NCBI GenBank assembly: GCA_034722055.1
Contig: JAYENL010000128.1
Coordinates: 1 to 21,827, forward strand
From: Armatimonadota bacterium
Lineage (GTDB): Bacteria; Armatimonadota; Zipacnadia; Zipacnadales; UBA5352
Reading direction: 5' to 3'
Length of the DNA: 21,827 nucleotides
The notes under the pieces were generated by a model. It was not told the origin of the DNA. It saw only the letters and a program-made list of their open reading frames with translations, and made no database searches. The position numbers and the translations under genes were made by a program. Positions 9,327-17,900 of the stretch are shown here, one piece after another; the stretch's first letter is position 1, and every line of letters starts with the position of its first letter.

Positions 9327-9576
9327 GCGTTGTGAGCGGGGGGGCGGGTGACTGCCGGCCTCACCGGCTTCCGGAACCGCGGGTTGGGCCGGAGGAGACG
9401 CCGTCGAAAGTGGCTTCAGGAACAGGAGTGGACCGGTCGGTCCTCGGAGGAAGCGCCACAATTGGCGACAGGAAATGTCTGACGCAAGGGGAAGACATGA
9501 AGCAGACAGGGGGAGTGCAGTCTGGCGAAGCCCAGGCGGGCCCAACAAACGGTTCGCAGCCAGGGGAGGTAGCCCG

Positions 9577-9846
9577 GTGACAAAGCGCAAGTCGATCGCA
9601 CTGGTTGTGGCAATACTCGTCATCGCGGGACTGGCGGTGGGTCTGAAGCTGTCACTGGCCCAGGACGCCCCCGGACAGCAGCCGGCCGAGAAGCCGCGAG
9701 CGGTGGCCGCGGTGGCGGCAGAGTCGATCACGGAGTACGAGCCGGATCCATTCGAGCCCGAGAGACTGAGGAGCAGCACGGTGCGGGTGAAGCGGGTGGC
9801 GGTGGTGTACTCCGACGGGAGCGTCGAGATCAAGCCCTGCCAGTGA
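9577..9846 (+). CDS. Small secreted or membrane-anchored hypothetical protein (about 89 aa)
   Basis: GGGGAGGT SD (9563-9570) before GTG at 9577; signal-peptide-like N-terminus KRKSIALVVAILVIAGLAVGLKLSLA-QD. Confidence 0.75.
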   Translation: MTKRKSIALVVAILVIAGLAVGLKLSLAQDAPGQQPAEKPRAVAAVAAESITEYEPDPFEPERLRSSTVRVKRVAVVYSDGSVEIKPCQ

Positions 9847-9885
9847 CCGCACGTTGGCGGGGCGCCGAGAGCAGGAGGTGTGGCA

Positions 9886-10416
9886 ATGGCGAAGCAGGAG
9901 ATTGCGTTCACAGACTACTTCGACCTGTTCTGTGAAAAGCTGGGCAGCGGCGGCTGTCTGCTGGCGTCGCTGAACGAGGAGGGCGTGCCGAACGCCATGA
10001 CGATCGGGTGGGCGCTGCTGGGGGTGGTGTGGCGGCGGCCGATCTGCGCGGTGTTGGTGCGCCCGTCGCGCTACACCTACGGATGCATCGAGGCCACGGG
10101 CGACTTCACCGTCAACGTGCCGCCGGCGGAGCTGTCAGATGAGGTGCTGTTCTGCGGCACCGAATCCGGGCGGGACCACGATAAGTTCCGGGAATGCGGT
10201 TTCACCGCAACAGAGAGCGCGCAGGTGAAGTCTCCGCGGATCGGAGAGTGCCTGATCGCGCACGAATGCGCGGTAGTGCAAAAGAACGACGTGGAGCCGG
10301 GCCTGTTCGTCGATGACATCATCAGCACGTTCTACGCGGGTGGGGACTTCCATCGCGTCTACTACGGCCAGATCATGGCCAGCTACGCGGATGTGGAGCG
10401 GCTGGAGCAGGTCTGA
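9886..10416 (+). CDS. Flavin reductase-like (flavoredoxin / DIM6-NTAB family) protein
   Basis: AGGAGG SD at 9873-9878; NAMTIGW, VRPSRYTY, FTVNVP, CGTESGRDHDKF, DFHRVYYGQI. Confidence 0.9.
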   Translation: MAKQEIAFTDYFDLFCEKLGSGGCLLASLNEEGVPNAMTIGWALLGVVWRRPICAVLVRPSRYTYGCIEATGDFTVNVPPAELSDEVLFCGTESGRDHDKFRECGFTATESAQVKSPRIGECLIAHECAVVQKNDVEPGLFVDDIISTFYAGGDFHRVYYGQIMASYADVERLEQV

Positions 10417-10536
10417 GACGGAGACCGTCAGGCTCGTGCCAGGCGCCGCCGGAGAAGGAATGCCGGCGGCGTCGCGCGAAGGTAAGGGCAGCAGGCAGGA
10501 TACGAAGGTCACGCGGATCAGGGAGGTACGTGCACG

Positions 10537-11568
10537 ATGGCGACGGTTGTCACGTATGGAGAGATCATGCTGCGGCTCGCGCCGCCCGATCACCTGCGGT
10601 TCATCCAGGCGCGCTCGTTCGACGTCATCTACGGCGGCGGAGAAGCAAACGTGGCAGTGAGCCTGGCCAACTACGGCCTGGACGTGCGCTTCGTGACGGC
10701 ACTGCCGCCGCACGAGATCGGCGACGCATGTGAGAACTACCTTCGGCAGTTCGGCGTGGACACCTCACACATCATCCGACAGGGCGATCGGCTGGGGATA
10801 TACTACCTTGAGATGGGTGCGATGCAGCGCGGCTCCAAGGTCATCTACGACCGGGCGCACTCGGCGCTGGCGGAGATCCAGCCCGGCGACGTGGACTGGG
10901 AGGCGGCGTTCGAGGGGGCGGACTGGTTCCACTGGACGGGGATCACCCCGGCGATCAGCGAGGGGACCGCGGAGGTGCTGGAGGAGGCGGTCCAGACGGC
11001 CGCCGAGATGGGCCTGACCATCTCCTGCGACCTGAACTACCGCAGCAAGCTCTGGAAATGGGGCAAGCAGCCCGGCGAGGTCATGGAGGGCCTGGTCCAG
11101 CACGTGGACTACGCGATCGGGAATGAGGAGGACGCTGATAAGGTCTTCGGCATCCGGCCGGAGGGCGTGGACGTGGAGGCCGGTGAGCTGGACGCGGCGG
11201 CCTACGAGAGCGTCTGCCAGCAGCTCATGGAGCGCTTCCCGAAGATCAAGAGAGTCGGCATTACGCTGCGCAGCAGCATCTCGGCCTCACGCAACCTCTG
11301 GAGCGGAGTGCTCTACGACGGCGAGACGCTGTATCAGGCCAACGAGTACGATGTGAGCCATATCGTGGACCGAGTAGGGGGCGGAGACAGCTTCTGCGGT
11401 GGCCTGATCTACTCGCTGCTGGAAGGCAAGTCCGACCAGGAGGCCATCGAGTTCGCGGTGGCGGCAAGCTGCCTCAAGCACAGCATCTACGGCGACTTCA
11501 ACCTCTCAACCGTTGAGGAGGTCGAGACGCTCGCCGGCGGCCCGGGGACCGGGCGCGTGCAGCGCTAG
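10537..11568 (+). CDS. kdgK: PfkB family sugar kinase, 2-dehydro-3-deoxygluconokinase-like
   Basis: GEIMLRL, GGGEANVAVSLA, YDRAHSA, FHWTGITPA, DLNYRSKLW, PfkB signature DRVGGGDSF; GGAGG SD. Confidence 0.88.
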   Translation: MATVVTYGEIMLRLAPPDHLRFIQARSFDVIYGGGEANVAVSLANYGLDVRFVTALPPHEIGDACENYLRQFGVDTSHIIRQGDRLGIYYLEMGAMQRGSKVIYDRAHSALAEIQPGDVDWEAAFEGADWFHWTGITPAISEGTAEVLEEAVQTAAEMGLTISCDLNYRSKLWKWGKQPGEVMEGLVQHVDYAIGNEEDADKVFGIRPEGVDVEAGELDAAAYESVCQQLMERFPKIKRVGITLRSSISASRNLWSGVLYDGETLYQANEYDVSHIVDRVGGGDSFCGGLIYSLLEGKSDQEAIEFAVAASCLKHSIYGDFNLSTVEEVETLAGGPGTGRVQR

Positions 11569-11570
11569 GC

Positions 11571-11640
11571 AACGTCAGGGAACGGCAGATAAAGGCAGAC
11601 AACGGCAGGCAACGGCAGGGAACGACTGGTAACGGCAGAG
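11571..11640. repeat. Degenerate 10-bp tandem repeat, 7 units, consensus AACGGCAGRN
   Basis: aacgtcaggg aacggcagat aaaggcagac aacggcaggc aacggcaggg aacgactggt aacggcagag, immediately after the kinase stop codon. Confidence 0.85.
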
Positions 11641-11827
11641 GAGAGGGAACGGGTGGCTCTCATCTGCGTCTGACGAATGGGGTCAGGCGCAGGGCGACCG
11701 ACGCGAATAGTGCGGGTTGGGCGCCTCTGCGCGTGGCAACAGCGTCCGCCGCCGCCCCAGTACTCACCTGGGTTGTGTGCGCGCCCCGCGGCAACATGCA
11801 GTCCGAGCACGCCGCAGAAGCGGGCGG

Positions 11828-11857
11828 TTGACCCTGGCGGAGGGCTTGTGGTATTGT
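11828..11857 (+). promoter_or_regulatory. Sigma70-type promoter for the rpsB-tsf-pyrH-frr operon (extended -10)
   Basis: TTGACC (11828-11833), 18-bp spacer ending in TGg, TATTGT (11852-11857). Confidence 0.65.
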
Positions 11858-12044
11858 GCATGTCCCGGACGAGAGACCCCATCTCACGTCTGGGCCGAGA
11901 CGTCGCACGAGCGTGTGCGGCAGGCTATGAGGCCGCCGAACACCAAATCTTGCGTACTAACGTCGGCGCTGCTCGGCGTCGATAGAGGCCGAAGCGCTTA
12001 GACGTGCGGCCGGAAGAGGCGGCCGTGGAATGGAGGCAACTGCA

Positions 12045-12950
12045 GTGGCACTTGTGACGATGAAGGAACTGCTGGAAGCGGGCGTGCACTTCGGGCACCA
12101 GACGCGGCGATGGAACCCGAAGATGAAGCCGTTCATCTACCATGAGCGGAACGGGATCTACATTATCGACCTGCACGCCACGCTGCGGCTGGTGGAGAAG
12201 GCCTACGAGTTCGTCCAGGACCTGGCGGTGGACGGCGGTACGCTCCTGTTCGTGTGCACCAAGCGACAGGGCCAGGAGTCCGTCGAGGAGGCCGCGAACA
12301 GGGCCGGGATGCCGTACGTCACCAACCGGTGGCTGGGCGGCATGCTCACGAACTGGCAGACGATCCGAGGCCGGATCGATTACCTCCGCGAGTTGGAGGC
12401 GGCCGAGGAGCGGGGAGAGTGGGCGCGTCTGACGAAGAAGGAGGCCCTGAAGCTCTCGCGCGAGCGGGACAAGCTGGAGCACAGCCTCGGCGGCATCAAG
12501 GAGATGGGTGGGCTGCCGGACGCGGTTTTCGTGGTGGACACCAAGCGGGAGGAGACTGCGGTGGCAGAGGCCGCGAAGCTGGAGATCCCGATCATCGCAG
12601 TGATCGACACCAACTGTGACCCAGAACCCATCGATTACCCAGTCCCCGGGAACGACGACGCCATCCGCGCCATCCGGCTGTTCGCGAACCTGATGGCAGA
12701 CGCGGTCGTTGAGGGCAAGCTGGAGTACCAGCAACGGCTCATCGAGGAGGCGGAGACGCTGGAGCAGGCCGAGCAGCTCGCACTTCAGCAGGGCATCGAG
12801 CTGGACGAGGAGCTGGTGGCCCAGGTAGAGGCCGAGGAGGAAGCCGCCCAGGCGGCAGAGGCCGTGGCGGCCGCCGGCGAGGAGTTCGAGGGCGCGGTCG
12901 AGGACCAGTTCGTGGAGGAGGAGCTCATCGACCTCATCGACGAGGAGTAG
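12045..12950 (+). CDS. rpsB: 30S ribosomal protein S2 with an acidic C-terminal extension
   Basis: [51 protein letters not shown] start 8 nt after GGAGG (12032-12036). Confidence 0.98.
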   Translation: MALVTMKELLEAGVHFGHQTRRWNPKMKPFIYHERNGIYIIDLHATLRLVEKAYEFVQDLAVDGGTLLFVCTKRQGQESVEEAANRAGMPYVTNRWLGGMLTNWQTIRGRIDYLRELEAAEERGEWARLTKKEALKLSRERDKLEHSLGGIKEMGGLPDAVFVVDTKREETAVAEAAKLEIPIIAVIDTNCDPEPIDYPVPGNDDAIRAIRLFANLMADAVVEGKLEYQQRLIEEAETLEQAEQLALQQGIELDEELVAQVEAEEEAAQAAEAVAAAGEEFEGAVEDQFVEEELIDLIDEE

Positions 12951-13097
12951 TGCTGCAGGGGCGGGGCAAGGCTGCGCGACCGAACGATAGCACCGCCGGA
13001 CGTGAGGCCGACGAGAGGAAAGCAAGGGTACTGGGTAGCACCGGGCGGTGGCACGTGGCCGCTCGGGTCGCTGCACCGGATCGGCAGGAGGATATAG

Positions 13098-13700
13098 ATG
13101 TCAGTTGATGTCCAGAGAGTGAAGGAGCTGCGCGAGAAGACGGGCGCCGGATTCATGGACTGCAAGAACGCCCTGACCGAGGCAGAGGGCGACATGGAGA
13201 AGGCCGTGGACCTGCTGCGCCAGAAGGGTATTGACGTGGCCATGTCGCGGGAGGGCAAGGCCGCGGAGGAGGGGATCATCGCCTCCTACGTGCACGCCGG
13301 CAACCAGATCGGGGTGCTGGTGGACCTGCGCTGTGAGACGGACTTCGTGGCGCGCACGGACGAGTTTCGGGAGTTCGGCCGCGACCTGGCGATGCAGGTG
13401 GCGGCGCTGGCGCCGAAGTGGATCGCACCCGAGGATGTGCTGTGCGAGGTAGTGGAGCGAGAGCGCGAGGTTCTGACGAAGCAGGCACTGGAGGAGGGCA
13501 AGCCGGAGCATATCGTCGAGAAGATGGTGGAGGGCCGGCTCCAGAAGTTTTACGAGGACGTCTGCCTGCTGAAGCAGCCTTTCATCCGTGACGACAGTCT
13601 GTCGATCGAGGACAAGCTCAACGAGCTCATCGCGCAGTGCGGTGAGCGTGTGGTGGTTGCCCGCTTCGTCCGCTACCAGGTGGGCGAGGACGAGGAGTAG
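13098..13700 (+). CDS. tsf: Translation elongation factor Ts (short form, 200 aa)
   Basis: [48 protein letters not shown]; follows rpsB. Confidence 0.98.
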   Translation: MSVDVQRVKELREKTGAGFMDCKNALTEAEGDMEKAVDLLRQKGIDVAMSREGKAAEEGIIASYVHAGNQIGVLVDLRCETDFVARTDEFREFGRDLAMQVAALAPKWIAPEDVLCEVVEREREVLTKQALEEGKPEHIVEKMVEGRLQKFYEDVCLLKQPFIRDDSLSIEDKLNELIAQCGERVVVARFVRYQVGEDEE

Positions 13701-13714
13701 ACCTGGAGGCGGCG

Positions 13715-14437
13715 GTGAAAGGTCAGGAGGCCGCCCAATACGAGCGGGTGTTGCTCAAGCTCAGCGGAGGAGCATTCAGTGGAGCTGAGGGCTACGGGAT
13801 TCACTGGCCGACGGTGTATCGGATCGCGGACGAGGTGAAGGCGGCGTGGAAAGCGGGGGTGGAGATAGCGATCGTCGTGGGCGGCGGCAACATCTGGCGC
13901 GGTCACGAGGCGGCGGCGCAGGGGATGGAACGCGCGGCGGCGGATTACGCCGGGATGGTGGCCACGGTAATCAACGCCCTCGCCCTGCAGGACGCGCTGG
14001 AGGGGAAGGGGGTGGTGACGCGGGCCCAGACGGCGATTGAGATGCGGGAGGTGGCCGAACCGTTCATCAGGCGGCGGGCGACGCGGCACCTGGAGAAGGG
14101 GCGGGTGGTTATCTTCGGGGCCGGAACGGGGAATCCCTACTTCACCAGCGACACGGCCGGGGTGCTGCGGGCGGTGGAGATCGGCGCCGAGGTGATCATG
14201 AAGGCGACGGACGTGGACGGGGTCTATGATTCGGACCCCGACGCCAACGATGAGGCCAAGCTTCTTCGGGAGGTATCGCACCTGGAGGTGCTGAATCGGG
14301 ACCTACAGGTCATGGACGCCACGGCCATCTCGCTGGCCAAGGACAACAACTTGCCGATTATTGTATTCAACATGAACGTGCCGGGGAATATCGTCCGGAC
14401 CGTGCTGGGTGAGCCGATCGGCACGATCGTGAGATAG
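13715..14437 (+). CDS. pyrH: Uridylate kinase
   Basis: [63 protein letters not shown] at 13705-13709. Confidence 0.98.
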   Translation: MKGQEAAQYERVLLKLSGGAFSGAEGYGIHWPTVYRIADEVKAAWKAGVEIAIVVGGGNIWRGHEAAAQGMERAAADYAGMVATVINALALQDALEGKGVVTRAQTAIEMREVAEPFIRRRATRHLEKGRVVIFGAGTGNPYFTSDTAGVLRAVEIGAEVIMKATDVDGVYDSDPDANDEAKLLREVSHLEVLNRDLQVMDATAISLAKDNNLPIIVFNMNVPGNIVRTVLGEPIGTIVR

Positions 14438-14489
14438 GGCTGGGACCTCGGTGAGCGCATGGCGCTCCTCGCTGCTGGAGGGATGAGAG

Positions 14490-15044
14490 ATGGACCGACT
14501 GATAGCGAGAGCGAAGGCCGATATGGAGAAGACGGTGGAGATCGTCAAGAAGGATCTGGCGGCGTTCCGAACCGGCCGGGCCTCGCCGGCCCTGGTGGAG
14601 GACCTGGAGGTGGAGTATTACGGGACGAGGGTGCCCGTGAAGCAGATCGCATCGATTCAGGTGCTGGACACACGACTGCTGGGGATCACGCCCTGGGACA
14701 AGAATGCTCTGTCAGCGATAGAGAAGGCGATCATGACCTCTGAGCTGGGGCTGATGCCGACGAACGACGGGAACATCATCAGGCTGGAGATCCCGTCGCT
14801 GACCGAGGAGCGGCGTGAGGAGCTGTCGCGGCAGGTGAGCAAGCGGATGGAGGAGGGCCGGGTGGCGATACGCAACATCCGGCGGGCGGCTAACGAAGGC
14901 ATCGACAAGATGGAGAAGGCGGAGGGCCTCTCGGAGGACGAGGTGCGGGTCGGCAAGCAGGAGGTCCAGGATCTGACCGACGAGCACATCGAGGAGATCG
15001 AGGAGGCCGGGGACCAGAAGATCGAAGAGATCATGGAGATATGA
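14490..15044 (+). CDS. frr: Ribosome recycling factor
   Basis: RTGRASPAL, VEYYG, PTNDGNIIRL, PSLTEERREEL, RVAIRNIRR; follows pyrH. Confidence 0.98.
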   Translation: MDRLIARAKADMEKTVEIVKKDLAAFRTGRASPALVEDLEVEYYGTRVPVKQIASIQVLDTRLLGITPWDKNALSAIEKAIMTSELGLMPTNDGNIIRLEIPSLTEERREELSRQVSKRMEEGRVAIRNIRRAANEGIDKMEKAEGLSEDEVRVGKQEVQDLTDEHIEEIEEAGDQKIEEIMEI

Positions 15045-15268
15045 ATGGGGCCTGGCCGGAAACGACGGGATATCCGCTGGAAGAGGCCCTGCGGCTGCTG
15101 AAGGAGGCGGGGTACGAGGTCGGCGAGATAGAGCGGGTGGGGCCGGAGGAGAGCGGTTGCGAAGGCGATCGGGCGTTCGTGGTCCGGGAGCGAGGCGGTG
15201 CGGGCAGGAGTGTGACGCTGACAATCGCGGGGGAGTGGAAAACGCCAAGGGAGACGGGGCGCGAGTGA
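15041..15268 (+). CDS. Small hypothetical protein resembling a single PASTA-like domain
   Basis: ATGA overlap with the frr stop suggests translational coupling. PETTGYPLEEALRLLKEAGYEV resembles the PASTA pattern 'PDvvG.sleeA..lL...G'. Confidence 0.7.
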   Translation: MNGAWPETTGYPLEEALRLLKEAGYEVGEIERVGPEESGCEGDRAFVVRERGGAGRSVTLTIAGEWKTPRETGRE

Positions 15269-15374
15269 GACGACCGCCAGGAGGCGACGGGGCGTAGGCT
15301 GGTGGCTGATGGCGTGCTGCGGCCTGGGGCAGAGGCGGGTCCCGGGCCGCTTGCGTTGGTGAGGGGCGTGAGGG

Positions 15375-16106
15375 ATGGCAGAAGAGCATGGTGAGCTGAA
15401 GATTCCGCGACATGTCGCGGTGGTGATGGACGGGAACGGGCGGTGGGCAGAGGAGCGGGGCCTGGATCGCGTGGAGGGCCATCGCGAGGGACGACACGCG
15501 GCGAAGCGCTTCGTACGGGCGGCGAACGCGCGTGGGGTGGAGTTCGTATCCCTTTACGCGTTCAGCACCGAGAACTGGAGTCGTCCCCAGCGCGAGGTCG
15601 ATGCGCTGATGGAGCTGATCGAGACGGCGCTGCTTGCGGAGCTGGAAGAGCTGTGCGAGGGCGATGTGCGGCTGCGAGTGTCCGGGCGTCGGCAGGAGCT
15701 TCCGGAGCCGCTGCAGCGGGCACTCCGGCAGAGCGAGGAGGCGACGGCGGACAACAGTGGGATGGTCCTGAATCTGTGCGTGAACTATGGGGGGCAGGTG
15801 GAGATCACCGACGCGGCGAAGAAGTTAGCACAGGAGGTGCGGGACGGCAAGCTCGATGTCGATGACATCGATCCTGAGGTATTCGCCGCGCATCTCTACG
15901 TGCCGGAACTGCCGCCGGTGGACCTTCTGATTCGGCCGGGCGGGGACCTGCGGGTGAGCAACTTCCTGCTGTGGCAGATCGCCTACGCGGAGTTCTACTC
16001 GATGGCGGAGTACTGGCCGGCCTTTCAGCCTGAGCATCTGGACAGGGCGATCGAGGACTACTCCCGCCGGCAGCGACGTTTCGGTGGGGTGGTGCTTGAG
16101 GAATAG
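15375..16106 (+). CDS. uppS: Polyprenyl (undecaprenyl) diphosphate synthase
   Basis: PRHVAVVMDGNGRWA, SLYAFSTENWSRP, NYGGQVEI, VDLLIRPGGDLRVSNFLLWQIAYAE, RQRRFGG. Confidence 0.97.
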   Translation: MAEEHGELKIPRHVAVVMDGNGRWAEERGLDRVEGHREGRHAAKRFVRAANARGVEFVSLYAFSTENWSRPQREVDALMELIETALLAELEELCEGDVRLRVSGRRQELPEPLQRALRQSEEATADNSGMVLNLCVNYGGQVEITDAAKKLAQEVRDGKLDVDDIDPEVFAAHLYVPELPPVDLLIRPGGDLRVSNFLLWQIAYAEFYSMAEYWPAFQPEHLDRAIEDYSRRQRRFGGVVLEE

Positions 16107-16153
16107 ACGGATCCGAGCGGAGATGGCAGCAGGCACCCCAGGAGGCAAAGAGG

Positions 16154-16645
16154 ATGAAGAGGAGTGCAGTCGCGATGTTCGTGGTAGTGGCAGGGCTGGT
16201 GGCGTACTCCACGCTGGCAGCGCCGGCCGCGATGGCCCAGCCCGAGAACGAGGTGAAGATCCTGGCGGGCGAAGACGAGAAGCCGACGACGTCGGCCAGG
16301 GAAGCGCCTGAGGTATTCGACATCGGCATCAACGGGGAGACGTTCTTCCGCATTCGGGCCTCTGCAGCGGGCTTCACTGCCGCGGAGCGTGCCCGGATCA
16401 TCTACGCCCGGCTGATCCACATCATCTCCTACGGCGAGATCGACCCCGCGGCAGTGCGCGTGATCCGTGTGCGGGGCAAGCCGACGATCTACGCGGGCAA
16501 CGTGCGGCTGGTGACCGTCTATCCCAGCGATGTGAAGGCGACGAACGCGAAGTGGATGGGCCAACTGGCGAGGATCTGGGCGGCCTCAACGGCGTGCTGC
16601 CTGGAGCAGTTCGCGCCGTGGGCGCGAGTCGCCAAAGAGGAGTAG
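16154..16645 (+). CDS. Secreted hypothetical protein
   Basis: Classical signal peptide (MKRSAVAMFVVVAGLVAYSTLAAPAAMA-Q); GGAGG and GAGG upstream. Confidence 0.82.
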   Translation: MKRSAVAMFVVVAGLVAYSTLAAPAAMAQPENEVKILAGEDEKPTTSAREAPEVFDIGINGETFFRIRASAAGFTAAERARIIYARLIHIISYGEIDPAAVRVIRVRGKPTIYAGNVRLVTVYPSDVKATNAKWMGQLARIWAASTACCLEQFAPWARVAKEE

Positions 16646-16666
16646 ACCCAGCGGACTGTGAAGGCT

Positions 16667-16698
16667 GCAGGCGCCCTGTCCGAGGATGGGGCGCCTGC
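16667..16698 (+). other. Strong GC-rich hairpin without a U-tract (possible terminator or mRNA stabiliser)
   Basis: GCAGGCGCCC (16667-16676) pairs with GGGCGCCTGC (16689-16698), extendable inward by G-U pairs; intergenic. Confidence 0.5.
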
Positions 16699-16734
16699 TG
16701 CGTACGTGGAGACCAGACCGGGGAGGGAGCTGCA

Positions 16735-17889
16735 GTGGGCATCGAAGGCTGTGACGACCTCGATTACTACCTGCCAACGCGCATCCGGTACGGCTTTGGC
16801 AGAGTGCGAGAGCTTGGGGAGATCGCCGCGGGACTCGGCACCAGGGCCCTCGTGGTGACGACCCCGGGGATACCGCACACCGAGCGGGTGCAGCGGATAC
16901 TGGCAGGGGCCGGTGTGGAGCCCGTGGTGTACGATCGTGCAGAGCCGAACCCCACGGCGGCGAGCGTGGACGCGGCCGGAGAGGCGGCGCGTGAGACGGA
17001 ACGCGACATGGTCATCGGGGTCGGTGGGGGGAGCTCGATGGACACGGCGAAGGGCGCGGCCGTGATGGCCGTCAACCACGGGAGCTGCTGGGAGTATACC
17101 ATCGAGTATCGGGGCCAGCGCCGCGAGATCGAGCGTGAGCCCCTGCCGATTGTTGCGGTTCCGACCACGGCGGGCACCGGGTCGGAGGTGAACTTCATCG
17201 CAGTGCTGTCCAACCGCGAGACGGGGCAGAAGGGGCCGGTGCGAAGCGATCTCATTCGACCGGCGTACGCGGTGATCGACCCGGAGCTGACGGTGACCAT
17301 GCCGGCGTCAGTGACGGCCAGCACGGGGTTCGACGCCATGACGCACGCCTTCGAGCGCCTGTTCGCGGGGAGGCGCCACCCCTATGTTGATATGCTGACG
17401 GAGAATGTGATCGGCACGGTGATCGCGCACCTGCCGAGGGTGCTGGCGCGACCCGACGACGTGGAGGCGCGGGCGCGAATGTCGTGGGCGGCGACGCAGG
17501 GGGCATTGTGCGTGCTGGCGCCCATGGGGCAGTCGGGGCTGCACGTCTTCGGGCTGGCGGTGTCGGCGGTGCTGGATGCGGTGCACGGGCTGGCGCTGGC
17601 GGCGGTGATGCCAACGGTGCTGGAGGACCTGGCGCGGGCCTATCCCGAGCGGGCGTCCCGGCTGGCGGAGATGCTGGGTGAGGAGTCGGCGGCGGAGCGG
17701 GCGGTGCCCGGGATGAGGCGGTGGACGGCCGAGATCGGCGTGGACGTCACCCTGCGGGACCTCGGCGCGGATGAAGGCGATCTCGACGCACTCGTGCGTG
17801 CGACGAACATGGACCGCCTGGAACGAAGCTATCATCGTCCGCTGAGGGCGAACGATGTGCGGGCCGTGTATCGCTCAGCACTGGACTGA
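16735..17889 (+). CDS. Iron-containing alcohol dehydrogenase family protein
   Basis: GTG start after GGGGAGGGAG; YLPTRIRYGFG, EPNPT, GVGGGSSMDTAK, VPTTAGTGSEV, DPELT, GFDAMTHAFE, metal-binding His in GLH and VHG. Confidence 0.93.
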   Translation: MGIEGCDDLDYYLPTRIRYGFGRVRELGEIAAGLGTRALVVTTPGIPHTERVQRILAGAGVEPVVYDRAEPNPTAASVDAAGEAARETERDMVIGVGGGSSMDTAKGAAVMAVNHGSCWEYTIEYRGQRREIEREPLPIVAVPTTAGTGSEVNFIAVLSNRETGQKGPVRSDLIRPAYAVIDPELTVTMPASVTASTGFDAMTHAFERLFAGRRHPYVDMLTENVIGTVIAHLPRVLARPDDVEARARMSWAATQGALCVLAPMGQSGLHVFGLAVSAVLDAVHGLALAAVMPTVLEDLARAYPERASRLAEMLGEESAAERAVPGMRRWTAEIGVDVTLRDLGADEGDLDALVRATNMDRLERSYHRPLRANDVRAVYRSALD

Positions 17890-17900
17890 GGCGTCAGGGG

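Noticed and set aside
9385..9500. Riboswitch-like fragments (GACAGGAAATGTCTGACGCAA resembling c-di-GMP-I; GGAGAC...TTCAGG resembling the glycine riboswitch)
   Set aside because: Key conserved elements (GGCAAA and P3 for c-di-GMP-I; CCGAAG/GCAA for glycine) are missing; would need Infernal support
7256..9580. 774-aa plus-strand ORF (likewise 4589-6016, 2620-3627, 474-1364 and 11925-13076)
   Set aside because: These are antisense shadows of well-supported genes, expected at high GC, and have no recognisable motifs
10442..10473. GC hairpin between the flavin reductase and kinase genes as an intrinsic terminator
   Set aside because: No U-tract and a 10-nt loop; may arise by chance at this GC content
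12720..13700. Acidic S2 tail and short EF-Ts as novelties
   Set aside because: Both are well-known variants in many bacterial lineages
16107..16734. Absence of cdsA-dxr-rseP after uppS as evidence of a genomic island
   Set aside because: No integrase, att-like repeats or evident compositional shift; ordinary rearrangement explains it
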